A stretch of 64,000 bases of DNA. Source: Felis catus. Its lineage: Eukaryota. Shown here piece after piece: positions 1-12,348 of the stretch. Both the position numbers and the translations under genes were made by a program. The stretch covers positions 8,184,001-8,248,000 of the forward strand of contig NC_058368.1 of assembly GCF_018350175.1 (NCBI RefSeq). The letters run 5' to 3'. The notes beneath the pieces were generated by a model. That model did not search any database. It had not been told where the DNA came from and saw only the letters and a list, made by a program, of their open reading frames with translations. Within the stretch, counting starts at the first letter, position 1; each line of letters opens with the position of its first letter.

Positions 1-826
1 TGTTGACGCTTCATTTCCCCCATGGAATCAGCTCTGTGTATTTCTCTGCACAGAAGCAGAGAAATGTATTTAAAAGCTTATTATGAGTAATCTCTTAAGC
101 TTATTATGAGTACACTTATTCTAAGTGAGTGAAAGCAAATATGTCTTTATATAGTGTCTAGATAAGCACCGTGATGTTTAAGAAGTGTTCTTAAATGTGA
201 AGTGTCTCGGTGATCACAGGCAAATGCCACTATCAGTTTCATTGGCTGGAATATAATCGAGGCTTACGTCAATCACATCTGACATTTCTATCCGGTGTAA
301 TACTGTGCTTACATTATAAGGCAAGTTCTCAGGTTTGTGAACCTCATTCACCCAAATTGTTTCTCGCTGACTTTTTAGGGGTGACCGTGGGGGTGGGGAG
401 AGACGAAAGAGGGTGATGGAGACCCTTGGGGCCTTTGGCAGCGGGGTGACCCTAAGCCTTGGCTTATGTCCACAATAAACAGTCAAAAATGAATCCTGAA
501 TCATCAGGCCCTGGGAGCACGAAGGGGTCCACGTTTGGTGGTTCTAGCATGAAGCGGAGGACAAAAGAGCCAAGGTGGAAGTTGGCTGTCCTTTCTGCTT
601 ACAAACCCCCTAGGTGACGTGGCATTTAAGCAGATGTGGTCCCCAGCACCATATCCCTGAACTGCATGTTAAAGAATAGCTAATCATTCTCCAAGATTAT
701 CTCATCCGAGAGTCAAAGTTAATAGTGGCTCAAAGACCTTGGGAGTGTCACGGCTGTGCTTAGCCCTTCACACACACACCAGCTCGATGCTCCAAAGTGC
801 CATGGGAAGGAGGTACGATTCACCAC

Positions 827-1189
827 TGCTACAGAATGAATGTTTGTGTCTCTCCACAATTCACATGTTGAAACCTAATCCACAAGGTGATGGTATTAGG
901 AGGTGGGGTCTTTGAGGGGTGATGCGATCACTGGGATGGTGCCCCCATAAACGGGACTGTTGCCCTGATAAAAGAGACCCCGGAGAGCCCCCTCCCCACT
1001 TCCGCCATGTGAGGGCACGTGAGAGGGTGCTGTCTACGGAGCAGGAAACAGACTCTCACCAGAGACTGATCTGTTGCTCACTTGATCTTGGACTTCGAGG
1101 CCTCCAGAACCGTGAGAAGTAAGTTTCTGCAGTTTGTAAGCCACCCAGTCCTATGGCAATTTGCTACAGCAGCCTGAATGGATAAGACA
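827..1189 (+). mobile_element. MaLR solo LTR (MLT1A/B-like)
   Basis: TG...CA ends; typical MLT1 motifs 'gaatgtttgtgtc..aattcacatgttgaaacctaatc..gtgatggtattaggaggtgggg' and 'gatcttggacttc..gcctccagaaccgtgaga'; imperfect 5-bp TSD accac/acccc. Confidence 0.8.
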
Positions 1190-2079
1190 ACCCCTTTTTA
1201 CAGATGGAGGCCTTGTGTGTGTTGTATAAAAAGGGAAGTGGGGAGCTGAACTTCTAAGGAAATACACTGGCTTTATTTGTGATACCAACACAATACTCAC
1301 TGTGTACCAGGCACTCTTCTAAATGCTTGGCTCAGGCTAACTGGATTGCTCCTCGAAACAACCTTGAGGCGGGTGATTTGGCCAGGGACATAGAGCTGGG
1401 ACTGTAGACCCTCGGTGGTTGGTGCCAGCCCGTGCCCCGCACGCTGCCGTGCTGTTTCTCTGTGGTTCCATAGTACGAGGTCACATCTGACCCTGTGCTC
1501 CTCTTCTTCCTGGGCCCCGTCACCTTGACAACCACGTGGTGACTGGTCTTCTCTGTCACCACCCTGTGCACTCCACAGTGGTGAAGACTAGATCTTCTAC
1601 ACTGAACCTCAGTCTTCAGGACCCAAAGCAGAACCTAGCATATGGTAGGCCCTGGAAAAGGAATGGCTGAGTGCAAGGGTCCGTTCTATTCCTCTGTGAT
1701 AATGGTGCAGAACTGAGCCGACAACACAAACAGTTATGTAATCAATCTTGTTTGTTTGAAACGGATACACGCTAAATATATGAGACACTTCCAGAGTCTG
1801 AAATAGTCTAAAAACTAGGGTTTTGCAAAAGAGCCATTTGATACAACACCTATCAAAGATGTGCTAGTTTCTAGGCGATACTTCAAGCATTTGACAGGCA
1901 TTTTCTCATTTCCTTCTTGTAGCAGCTCTATGACGTAGGTACGATTGTATCTGTGTTGGTTTTTGTCAATTTCAGATGCACGAGCACAACCTTGGGTTCA
2001 TCGTAGTCTTTCTTTCAGAGCACGCCGTCATTGTTCCAGCCATGGCCCTCTGTCATTCATCTTTTAGTCATGCATTCAT

Positions 2080-2515
2080 ATATGTTCTGAGTAAAGTTGA
2101 CACAACGTTACATCCGTTTCAAGTGCACAACATAGTGATTCAGCAAGTTCACACATTCTGCTGTGCTCACCAAAAGTGTAGCTACCATCTGTCGCCACAC
2201 AATTACCATTGACTATATTCCCTGTGCTGTGCCTTTTCTCCCAGTAACTTATTCATCCCACAACCGGAAGCCTGTTTCTCCCACTGTCCTTCACTCACTT
2301 TGCCCATCCCCTCCCATCCCCCTCTCCTCTGCCAGCCATCAGCTGGTTCTCTATTTTTGGATCTGATTCTGCTCTTTGTTTGTTTATTCCTTTGCTTTGT
2401 TTTGCTTTGTTTTTTAGATTCCACTGATAAGTGAAATCCTATGGTATTTGTCTTTCTCTGTCTGACTTACTTGGTTTAGCATAATACCCTCAAGGTCTCT
2501 CCATGTTGCGTCAAA
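2080..2515 (-). mobile_element. L1 3' end fragment (carnivore L1-like)
   Basis: 'tttagattccac..ataagtgaaatc..atggtatttgtctttctctgtctgactta..ttagcataataccctc' is the antisense L1 3' end. Confidence 0.75.
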
Positions 2516-3354
2516 ACCTTTACTCCTATTATAAGTAATAAAACGAACTTGCCAATGAACTTCCCGCCCAACCCAAGAAGGAGAATATTAACATTGACTT
2601 AGGTCCATCTCTGTGTTCCTCCCATTTCATTCTCTTGCTCTCCCCGCATATAACTTTGTATCCAGAATTTTGTATTTCTTATTCTATTGTTTGCCTGGTA
2701 CTTTACTGCTGACTTTTCTTCATTTTTGGACTTTCTAAAGTGTGGCACACTCTTTTGTTCACTCAGCATCCTATCCCTCACATTCACTGATGTTTTCACG
2801 AGAAGCTGCCCTTTTTCTCTGCCATGTAATTTTCCCATTCATTCTTCTGCTGATTGCGGCATTTCAGTTGCTTCCTGTTTTTGTTATGAAGAAGGCTGTT
2901 TCTTTTGGGTGTAATGGCAATTTTAAAGAGAAAGAAACTGAGGCACCGAGGAGTTGAGAAACTCACCCAAGGTCTCCCAGACAAAAAGTGGCTGAATCAG
3001 GATTTGAAACGCGATGGTCTCTCACTACTACACTGTGCAGCCTTTATCAGTCTTCCCATGAGAAAAAGATAATAGGCGGTAAAGAACACATTTTCCTTCC
3101 TTATTTTACTGGTAGAAAGTTACGCCACCCTCTTTGTCTAGAGAAGAAGAAAAACTTGTAAGTTGGGTTAATTAGCCTTTCAAATAAAATCACTTACCCT
3201 CTTGGATGCGGTAGCTATCCACTCCTTTCCATTTCAAAAGTGACACTGTTGGGTACAATATTTTCTCAGAGACTACATGTCCCAAATACTTTGGCTTTGC
3301 ATCTATAATTTGTTTAGCTCTCAGTTTGGGACCTAAATTCCCTTTGCAAGAGAA

Positions 3355-3356
<2 letters not shown>

Positions 3357-3400
<44 letters not shown>
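3357..3400. repeat. (GT)n microsatellite, about 22 units
   Basis: pure dinucleotide run. Confidence 0.95.
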
Positions 3401-3402
<2 letters not shown>

Positions 3403-3434
3403 TTCAATCAAATGTTCTAAAGAAGAAAACGATG

Positions 3435-3805
3435 GGGCTGGTGGCTCAGAGCCTGGAGCCTGTTTCCGATTCTGTGTCTCCCTCTCTCTCTGCCCCTCCC
3501 CCGTTCATGCTCTGTCTCTCTCTGTCCCAAAAATAAATAAACGTTGAAAAAAAAATTAAAAAAAAAAAAAAAAAGAAAAGGGGCGCCTGGGTGGCGCAGT
3601 CGGTTAAGCGTCCGACTTCAGCCAGGTCACGATCTAGCGGTCCGTGAGTTCGAGCCCCGCGTCGGGCTCTGGGCTGATGGCTCAGAGCCTGGAGCCTGTT
3701 TCTGATTCTGTGTCTCCCTCTCTCTCTGCCCCTCCCCCGTTCATGCTCTGTCTCTCTCTGTCCCAGGAATAAATAAAAATGTTGAAAAAAAAATTAAAAA
3801 AAAAA
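3435..3805 (+). mobile_element. Tandem Can-SINEs: 5'-truncated copy (3435-3579) plus full-length young SINEC_Fc (3580-3805)
   Basis: tRNA-derived head ggggcgcctgggtggcgcagtcggttaagcg, CT-rich body, AATAAA and A tail; shared outer TSD agaaaacgatg (3424-3434, 3808-3818). Confidence 0.9.
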
Positions 3806-4543
3806 GCAGAAAACGATGAAAAAATAAATGTTAGTTTCTACAGCCTATTGAAAATTTTCTAGAAGCAAGATAATCAAATTCACCTGTTCAGATTAAAAAT
3901 AGGTTTTACATGGAAGACAGCTTAGTAAAAGAAAAGCATCTCTGATCGTATAAACCGTAGATCACAACTTTAAAACAGAAATGATTTCACTTATCTGCGA
4001 AAGAATTTTCCACAGAAAATGCTTATTTGGAATTTAGAGGAAGAAAAACAGGAATGAATGCATTATGTGTTTGCCTTTCTACAGTTTGCTTTTTGAAAAA
4101 ACAGACATTTTTGTACTTAGGGTGCTAAACAATATAAACTTTGGGTTTATGTAGATGTTAGATGTGGACCAGATTGAGGTCTGGTTTCTAGAAGGCTATG
4201 TCCTTCCACCTTTGAGCTGCTCCTGAAACCTCAGTGCCTCCTGTTTTCCCAACAGCAGACTGTTCTGGGGGCAGCCCATTTTTCCACAGCTATTTCTCCC
4301 TTCTTGTTTTCAGGCTTCCGGGCATGCGGATTGGGGGCATAGAGTTGTTTTAAAATATGAAATGAAAAACATTTACAAACTCATATAACAGCTTTACAGA
4401 AAGTTTAGAAAATAGAGGGAAAAAAATCTAATGTGCTCTCACCATCCCCATCCAATGCCTGCCACCGTGTATTTCCTTTTCAAACTGGCCTGTGTGTATA
4501 CACATCATCTCTAATGGCAAACAGGGATGGTCTTCGGTTCCCT

Positions 4544-4982
4544 ATGCTGCACATCTTAGCTTGGGATTTTCCCAGAAGCAGACCCTGAGAAACAGGAATT
4601 CTTTGGGAAATACAGGCAATACAGGGTAGTGGGGAAGCGCTAAAGGGAAGGGTAACAGCCAATAAAAAGTGAACTTGTGAGGTGATAGAAGCTTGTTCTC
4701 CAGAACATTTGGGGCCATGATACAAAACACACGCCTCAAAATCATTCTACTCTAGGGTGAAGGAGCAGGGCCATTTTTACATCAACTCCCCAGAGTCGTT
4801 GTTTGAGGATTGGTGCGGGGTGGTGGGGAAGGAGAGCTAATTCCTCAGCTGGGTGTGTGTTCCCAGATGGGGGTGGTTGGGAAAGAGCCCCCAGGTCCAG
4901 AGATGCTCAATCTGGCAGCGGGAACTTGGCTGGAACAGCTGAGAGTCCTGAGTGACATGGGCGGACCCAGAGCGCCTGCTAT
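4544..4982. mobile_element. ERVL-class solo LTR (LTR33/LTR16-like)
   Basis: motif 'cccagaagcagaccctgaga..aggaatt' typical of this LTR group; family uncertain. Confidence 0.5.
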
Positions 4983-5804
4983 ACTGCTCTGTTTACTTAA
5001 CATTAATTGCAACACCGACACTTCCTTGTTGCTACACAGTTTTTAAACTGATGAGATGAATTTCTGCATCATATTTCATAATGGAATCAGGATTTAACTA
5101 TCCCTCTGATATTGGATATTTACATTGCTTCAAAATGGAGGGAGTGGGTTGTTCGATAAATAGCCGGTTCGTTTCTGTCTAAACTCTAAAAGCAGGAAGT
5201 GTATGCCCGGGAATGGAAGTGTTCTCTGTTCTTAAAAATATTGGAAGATCTCTCAGCAAATGAGCCAAGCAGAATATCTCAGATGAAGAATCATGACCGA
5301 GTAACCTATGGAGGGTGCTCCGAATCGGACATACCGTTAAGTTGCTGGTGTGTGTTCAGGCGATGGCTGTATTTTGTTGTTCAGAATTTCTAGGATCTGT
5401 ACATTGTGTATCAAAACTTGGTACCAGGGCCATGAGAGTTAGGGAGCATGTAGCTATCCAATCATCTTGTACCAAAAAAGTAACTGTGAATCAAGAGACC
5501 TGGATTTTGCTATGGTTAACTGCCAAGGACCTGTGCCATCTTGGGGAGGCTTTGTGCGTCCCTGTGCTTCACCTGTAAATCAGGTGTGTGGCAGACGGGC
5601 TCAGTAGCTACTCCAAGAGCCATTACCACTTTCCTTCTTTTTCCTTGCTGACACAACTCAGATTTTATACAGCTGCCAGGGAAGGAGTCCTCACCCCTGT
5701 GATAATATGAAGGGATAGTCATGACTGTAGTAATTCCTTTTCCCTTGGCCACATAGCCACCTTCCCAGCCTCCTTTGCGGGGAAGGCCAAAGTAAACTAA
5801 TAAT

Positions 5805-6010
5805 TCTTACACAATATAACACTTTCCATGGGCTCCTCTTTAAGTACTTCGCATGTACATGAACTCATTTAATTCTCTCAACGGCCCTGTAGCTAAGTAT
5901 CACCATTAACATCCTATTTTACCAGAGATCAAATGTGCAACAGAGAAGTTAAGTAAATTTGTTAAGGTCACAAGGCGAGTAAATGGTGGAGCAAAGACTC
6001 TTACGCAGTC
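5805..6010. mobile_element. MIR
   Basis: core 'tcatttaattctctcaacggccctg..atcctattttac..cagagaagttaagtaa..aaggtcaca'. Confidence 0.7.
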
Positions 6011-7514
6011 TTGCTTGTCTCACGGCCTACGCTCCTTTGTCACCTGCAGAATACCTAGGCTTGTCTTTATGCAACCAGGAGTATATCCAAGAATTACACC
6101 TACGCTAGCAAAGGTTGGCTTGGGAAACATTGGCTTTCCTATACAGCCTTCCTCATCACCGCCGATTCCAAACAGGAGTTGCCTCTGGCTTTGAATAATC
6201 AGAATTTGTAGTTTCCTCTTAATGGTCTTATCAGTAAATGTAAACATTAGTCCAAATCACATGACTGAAAGGTAGCAGGTTAGAATGCTCAATTCCCTCT
6301 TTTTCCTATCCTTTTAGGGGTAGGCTGTGTAGGTTAGACTGCTTGCAAAATTGCCTCACCTCCACTTCTGCTCTGTGTCACACATACGTGCGCACGTGCA
6401 CACACACACACACACACTCACACCTTCGTATGGGCATCCATATATATGGTGCTTCAGGATAGGCTCTCCTATGTGCTCATTCCTTAACTTCCTATTTGAA
6501 GAAACCTTTCCTCAAGTCTCATGCCAACTGGCTCTCAGTTCTTGAGGTCACTGACTTCAACCTTTTCTTTGGTTTCTCTGTTGACTCTCCTTTTGACCTG
6601 AGACGCACTGTCATCTTCCATGCTAGAAGAAGAACGGATTCTTGTCATAGAGTCCTTGTTTTGTTTTAGCAACCAGCTAACACCTCTCCCAATTCCACGG
6701 AGCCTTTACGTCCTGCTTACCTTGACCCCAACCCCAAAGTCGTACCTTCATCTAGAGCTTCAAGGACCCCAGGCAGTAACTTCCTAACGCTTTTAGGTGT
6801 CAGTGACTCAGTGTTTTCCAGCATGCCCTTCATTCCAGGTGGGAAAAATAACATGAGGTTTTGCTTGAAGAGTTACTCTCTCGGCTCTCCCTGAGAAATC
6901 ATACACAATGATCGAGTTTCCAGAACACCAGTTATAGGAAAACATTGTCCTGGTTTTCAAATAGGAGAAGGCTCTATTACAGAAACTATCAGCCTTCAGC
7001 TTAATCCACCCTGAAACATGACCATGAGCATTCAGAAAAGGAAGCACCCTTAAGAGTTGATATGAACTCACTAAGAACAAATCAGCTCAGGCTAAGCTTG
7101 TTTTCACTTTCGAGAGAGCTGGTAAGCGAGAGAAGCGGATCTGAGCCTCAGCTCTCAATACCCTGATCTGGAACAATCGGTGGAAGGGGGAGGAGTAGGG
7201 TTATAACTCGCGCTCCAGGAATTCTCCATATATTCAATCTGTGTTAACCTGTTGCAGCCCCTTAAACTATAAAAAAGAAAGCTACAAACTGAGCAATTGT
7301 TCTACTTAAATACTTAGAGGGCTGTTGTGTAGAAGCATTAGATTTCAGAGGGCAGAAGCACGATAAGTGGGTGCAAATCACAAGGAGGCAGTTCTGTGCT
7401 CCATATAGGGAAAAACTAACGCTTAGAAAAGAGTTTCTTAAACCTGAATCATGTATGGACCTTCTGATAGAGAAAAAATACTCTTGCAAATTCCCAGGAT
7501 TTACAAATATTTTT

Positions 7515-7738
7515 CCTTTTTTTAAAAGTTTTTTTTTTTTTTAATGTTTATTGATTTTTGAGAGAGAGACAGAGTGTGAGCAGGGGAGGGGCAGAGAGAG
7601 GGAGACACAGAATCTGAAGCGGGCTCCAGGCTCTGAGCTGTCAGCACAGAGCCCAACACGGGGCTCAAACTCAGAACCCTGAGATCATGACCTGAGCTGA
7701 AGTCGGATGCTTAACCGACTGAGCCACTTAGGAGCTCC
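7515..7738 (-). mobile_element. Can-SINE
   Basis: antisense SINE body; TSD tacaaatattttt (7502-7514, 7739-7751). Confidence 0.9.
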
Positions 7739-8239
7739 TACAAATATTTTTTCTATAATGTTAATTGTTGGCATACAGCTAGGCATAAAGTCATTATGCT
7801 TCCAGTTATGCAAATTTACAAATTCAAGTTATAAACTACATTTGCAAATGTATAAATTAAATGCAAAGCAAGGCAACAATATTTAAATGAACTGATCTTA
7901 ATGTGACAGATTATTTTATTTTGCTGAAACAAAATCATTCAGAACATGAATATGGAACCAATGGCTTTTGTCGTGGGCGGGTGTCTACCACTGCATAAAT
8001 TGTGATAACCCAAACCAAACATATTTCTTTTTCTAAACCAGAGAGTCATTTAGGAGGCATGATGTTCTGTCACTCTCTTTCACGAAAATTGACACCATTT
8101 GTTGCCTGTCGAGTCTGACACTGTTCTTTCCTTATTAATCCCGAACAATTAAAGTAGAACTATTCTCATAACCCACAAGCAAAAGTCAGCACTGAAAAAT
8201 ATATTCTGGTGGTCCTCAGATAAAAAGATGTCACTACAT

Positions 8240-8690
8240 TTATCAAAGTTCATAGAATGTACAACACAAAGCATGAACTCTAATATAAAGTATGAACTTC
8301 AATGAATAGTGAGCCGGTAGAGCATATGACTCTTGATCTCAGGGTCGTGAGTTCGAGCCCCACATTGGGCATAGAGTTTAAAAATTCTGGTAACGAGGGG
8401 GGCCTGGCTGGCTCAGTCAAAAGAGCATGCAACTCTTGATCTTGGGGGGTTGTGAGTTTGAGCCCCACACTGCGTGTAGAGATTACTTAAATAACCTTAA
8501 AAAAATAATGCATTGATATTGGTTCCTCAATTTCAGCAAAAGCACCACACTAATACAAGACATTAATAATGGGGAAATTGGAGGTACAGAGGTCAGGGGG
8601 CATGTGGGAACTCTATAATATTTTTTGCTCAATTTCACTGTAAACCTGAAACCGGTCAAAAATCAAAAAGTCTAATTTGTAAAAAGTGGT
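8240..8690 (+). mobile_element. Old L1 (L1MC/MB-like) 3' fragment interrupted by two short tRNA-Lys-derived SINEs (about 8315-8385 and 8397-8505)
   Basis: 'atagaatgtacaacac..atgaactctaatataaa..tatgaactt' and 'ggaactct..ttttgctcaattt..ctgtaaacct' L1 3'UTR motifs; inserts resemble tRNA-Lys(CTT). Confidence 0.65.
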
Positions 8691-8959
8691 TACCATAACA
8701 TGCTTACATATTGGTTCTTTCTAGCTCATTGTCCAAATGAAAAGACAAAATTTATCGGTCTTGTATACAACTGCTAGACCTCTAAGAGTATGTCTGTGTA
8801 TTCCAGGTTCCCCACCACAGTTTAAGAAATGCTGAAATCAAGGGTTCAAGAATGGAATGGGGCATTCTGAAAAGCTGTTAGCACCCTTTCCTCAAAGTGT
8901 TCCAGAAATGTCTGGAAGGTCATCCTTCAGAGATGTTCTTCTGGGGAATTTTGCTTTTA

Positions 8960-9201
8960 TTTATTTATTTATTTATTTATTAAAAAAATTTTTTTTAAAT
9001 GTTTATTTATTTTTGACAGAGAGAGAGAGACAGGGCATGAGTGGGGAGGGTCAGAGAGAGAGGAAGACACAGAATCTGAAACAGGCTCCAGGCTCTGAGC
9101 TGTCAGCACAGAGCCCGACGCGGGACTCGAACTCACAGACTGTGAGATCATGACCCGAGCTGAAGTCGGACTCTCAACCGACTGAGCCACCCAGGTGCCC
9201 C
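8960..9201 (-). mobile_element. Can-SINE
   Basis: antisense SINE; perfect 15-bp TSD ggaattttgctttta (8945-8959, 9202-9216). Confidence 0.92.
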
Positions 9202-10425
9202 GGAATTTTGCTTTTAAAGAGAAGACAGAACACATGATCTGTAATTCCAAGATTATATAATTCCAGTTTTTATGAGGATTTCACCCTGAATTAATTTGTT
9301 TTTGGTCCTACTTTTCACAGACTGCAGTGGCCTGATGCCAGAACCACTATGTACTTAAACTTGCAACTTTCTAGGTCTTTTTGCAAATTCCCACAACCCT
9401 GTCCAAATAGCAACAATTTCATCTAGGCCAACCAGTTGTCAATTTCTGGTCCTGGGAAAGAATAACTAATAAACCCCACTTCATTCCAGGGAGAACAAAT
9501 TGCATTCCTTCCCGATAGCCTATCACACTCCATTCTGAGCAAAGTACCATAATAGTTTCAGCTGCGTTTTACATCTTTGGGTGATCCATTTTCTAGCCTT
9601 TCACTTAGAGAAACCCTAGAAAACCTTTGTATTTCATTATTCCTTATGGAAAATATTTCCTTCCAAGAACCCGAGGCTAGGATAGAATCTGTAAAAGGAC
9701 TCTTATAATTCTAAACTTTTTATACTTTATTGAATTCGCATGTGTACATCTTTGCATAGTTTTAGCAAATGGCGCCGGCATATTAGATGTAATATCATTG
9801 GCCTTGAATACGTATAATCCTTGTGCAAAGTGTCAGTTGGGTCTGAAATACTGACTTTCTTCAACTGGGGTAGAATTCCTAAGTTGGGGTGGAATCGTTT
9901 TCATTCGGAAAGCAAGGAGGCTGGGTCCTATTCACAAGCATGGGTATCTCAGGGAGGGGTAGACACCCATGTGTTCTGATTCCGGTCTGCTCCCCACCTC
10001 TCTCCCAGGCAGCCTCCTCTCCCCTGTCCCATTATATCGGAGTTTGCCGCACTTCGACTTGGGACTTCCAGAAATGATGGCTGGCTCAGAGGCATGGCTT
10101 TTCAACTCCACCTACTGTCTGTTCCAAGAACTGCATTAGTATTTCAGACATCCCAGTCCCAAATCCAAGAGGGGAGAGGGCTCTCCCAAAGGCGGAAGGA
10201 GGAAATGTATTGGAATAGGAAGAAAGGATAAAATGGAAGAGCAAGTAAACATGCAAAGATTCGGTGGAATAAGCTTGAAAAATCAGGCACAAAGGGAAAG
10301 TTGTATCTATCTCTGTTTTGTATTTCCAAAAGGGAACACTTATTTATATAAGAGATTAACTATAATCTCTTATTTATAAGAGATTACAACCAGGCTGTAA
10401 TAGCTTAAAGAGAAATTATGTTTTC

Positions 10426-10606
10426 TTTTTCTTCTTTTTTCTTTTTTCAAGAGAGAGAGGGAGAGAGAAAGAGAGAGAGAGAATCTTAAGCAGGCTCCAT
10501 GCTCAGCATGGGGCCCAACACTGGGCTCGATCCCACGACTCTGGGATCATGACCTGAGCCGAAGTCAAGAGTAGGATGCTCAACAGACTGAGTCACCCAG
10601 GCGCCC
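10426..10606 (-). mobile_element. Can-SINE (older subfamily)
   Basis: antisense SINE; TSD agagaaat(t/g)atgttttc. Confidence 0.85.
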
Positions 10607-12085
10607 AGAGAAATGATGTTTTCCATTTAGTAATAAGATCTACTTAATTATTCTCAAGTTGACTTAATGGCAGTCATTTGATAACATTTCTATTGAGAGA
10701 TGTAAATACATTTCTTTTTATAATATTATCCCAGTGTGTTCTCTGTTTGAAGGCTATCACAGAGTTAGCATCCATGCATTTTTGAACATGGTTAACAGTC
10801 TAAAAAGAGACAAAACATGCCTGCCTGATGAGGTGAAATTCTTTTTTTTTTTTTTTGTTTTTCACTTCAGTGGTAAATTTTTTTTTTTTTTTTTTAATAC
10901 TTTCACCAGTTTCAGGAAAGGGTGGGTTGGAGTCAGGGGCTTCCTGAAACTTTTCAGAACAAGAATTCTAATGATGCAGTGTGTTTAGAGGGGCCCCCTG
11001 AGAATCGTGTTTTGGAACATACTGACCCCACGTGGTATTATCTTTGTCACATTTTGCAGTTTTGTGTGAAATTTATTTTTAATCTTTAACAAAGCCTGCC
11101 CATGTTTATCTTCAGTTATGAAAAAGTGTAATGGTTTGAAACAAAACTTTTTAAAATACTTAAATATACAATGAACGCTGAAACATAAAAGTCAGACAGA
11201 ATGTTACCTTAACAAGAAAGGGCTTCCTAAGAATCAAAGGATCCTTGTTTGTTTTATTTGCTGAGGACAAATAACAAGTACTTTCACTTTAAGGGATTCT
11301 GATGGCTGTGGAAGGAGGAGAAGCTTGTATTCCCCTCCCCCATCAAGACAAAGGCTTCCTACCCCTCATATTCACAGAGCTGGAAAATTTAGTTATTGAC
11401 ACTAAAAAGATATACTTTGTGTTTCGAAAAGGATGCTGAGATTTGATTGAAGACAGCACGGGACTCAAGCCAATGGCTTTTCTGAGGATGTCTTTCGATT
11501 ACATTTAAAATTGCAGGAGGAAGAGACGACACCTTGGGCCTAGCCTTATTTTGTGAATGGGCAGTAACTGATCAGCGCAACACTGAGTGGGGGCTGGCTG
11601 TGCCGGCTGCCGTATCATTAAATGTAAATAACTGTTTCTGAGCTCCATCCACTCTTCATGTTGAGCTGATTCCAATGCTACTTTTCATAAAGAAGGGAAG
11701 AAACGGGCTTTTCAAGACTGAAAGTCTTCTTTCCCCTAAGTACCCACCGATTTGGGTTTTCTTGAAGCCAGTGGTTAGTTAAGTCAGTTATGGGCTAACA
11801 CATCACAATAGGACAAGATGGAAATACATCCTCAGTTTCGTTAACGGTGGCCTGTAAGACATGAGTTTGAGTAGTGGTGGTTCCCCTCTTTATGCGGCCA
11901 TTGTAATCATCCAAAACAGCTTTGGCTGGTGTAATTTCTGGTCCTCTGCATTCTACAGCTATCTCAGGAGCCCTATCAAGTCCTACCAAAACACTATTGA
12001 AAGAGAAACAACGGCTCCTTTTATTTATCTTGTACGTGTCGCCTGCAAACAGCTTCAAACTATGCTTAATTTTTATGAGAGCTTT

Positions 12086-12086
<1 letters not shown>

Positions 12087-12148
<62 letters not shown>

Positions 12149-12348
12149 TTTAACGTGTATTTATTTTTGAGACAGAGACAGAGCATGACCGGGGGAGGGG
12201 CAGAGAGAGAGGGAGACAGAATCGGAAGCAGGCTCCAGGCTCTAAGCCATCAGCCCAGAGCCCGACACGGGGCTCGAACTCACGGAGCAGGAGATCGTGA
12301 CCTGAGCCGAAGTCGGATGCTTAACCGACTGAGCCACCCAGGCGCCCC
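12087..12348 (-). mobile_element. Can-SINE with a (TA)n microsatellite (12089-12130) in its tail
   Basis: antisense SINE; TSD tgagagctttc (12076-12086, 12349-12359). Confidence 0.92.

Noticed and set aside
74..112. Short direct duplications (16-mer at 74 and 97; also 19727-19774, 29764-29794, 58245-58275)
   Set aside because: Two-copy slippage duplications, common in mammalian DNA; no array or spacer structure
8315..8505. tRNA-Lys(CTT)-like sequences (also 37455-37567)
   Set aside because: Missing or degenerate acceptor stem, altered anticodon arm and A-rich tails: tRNA-derived SINEs, not tRNA genes
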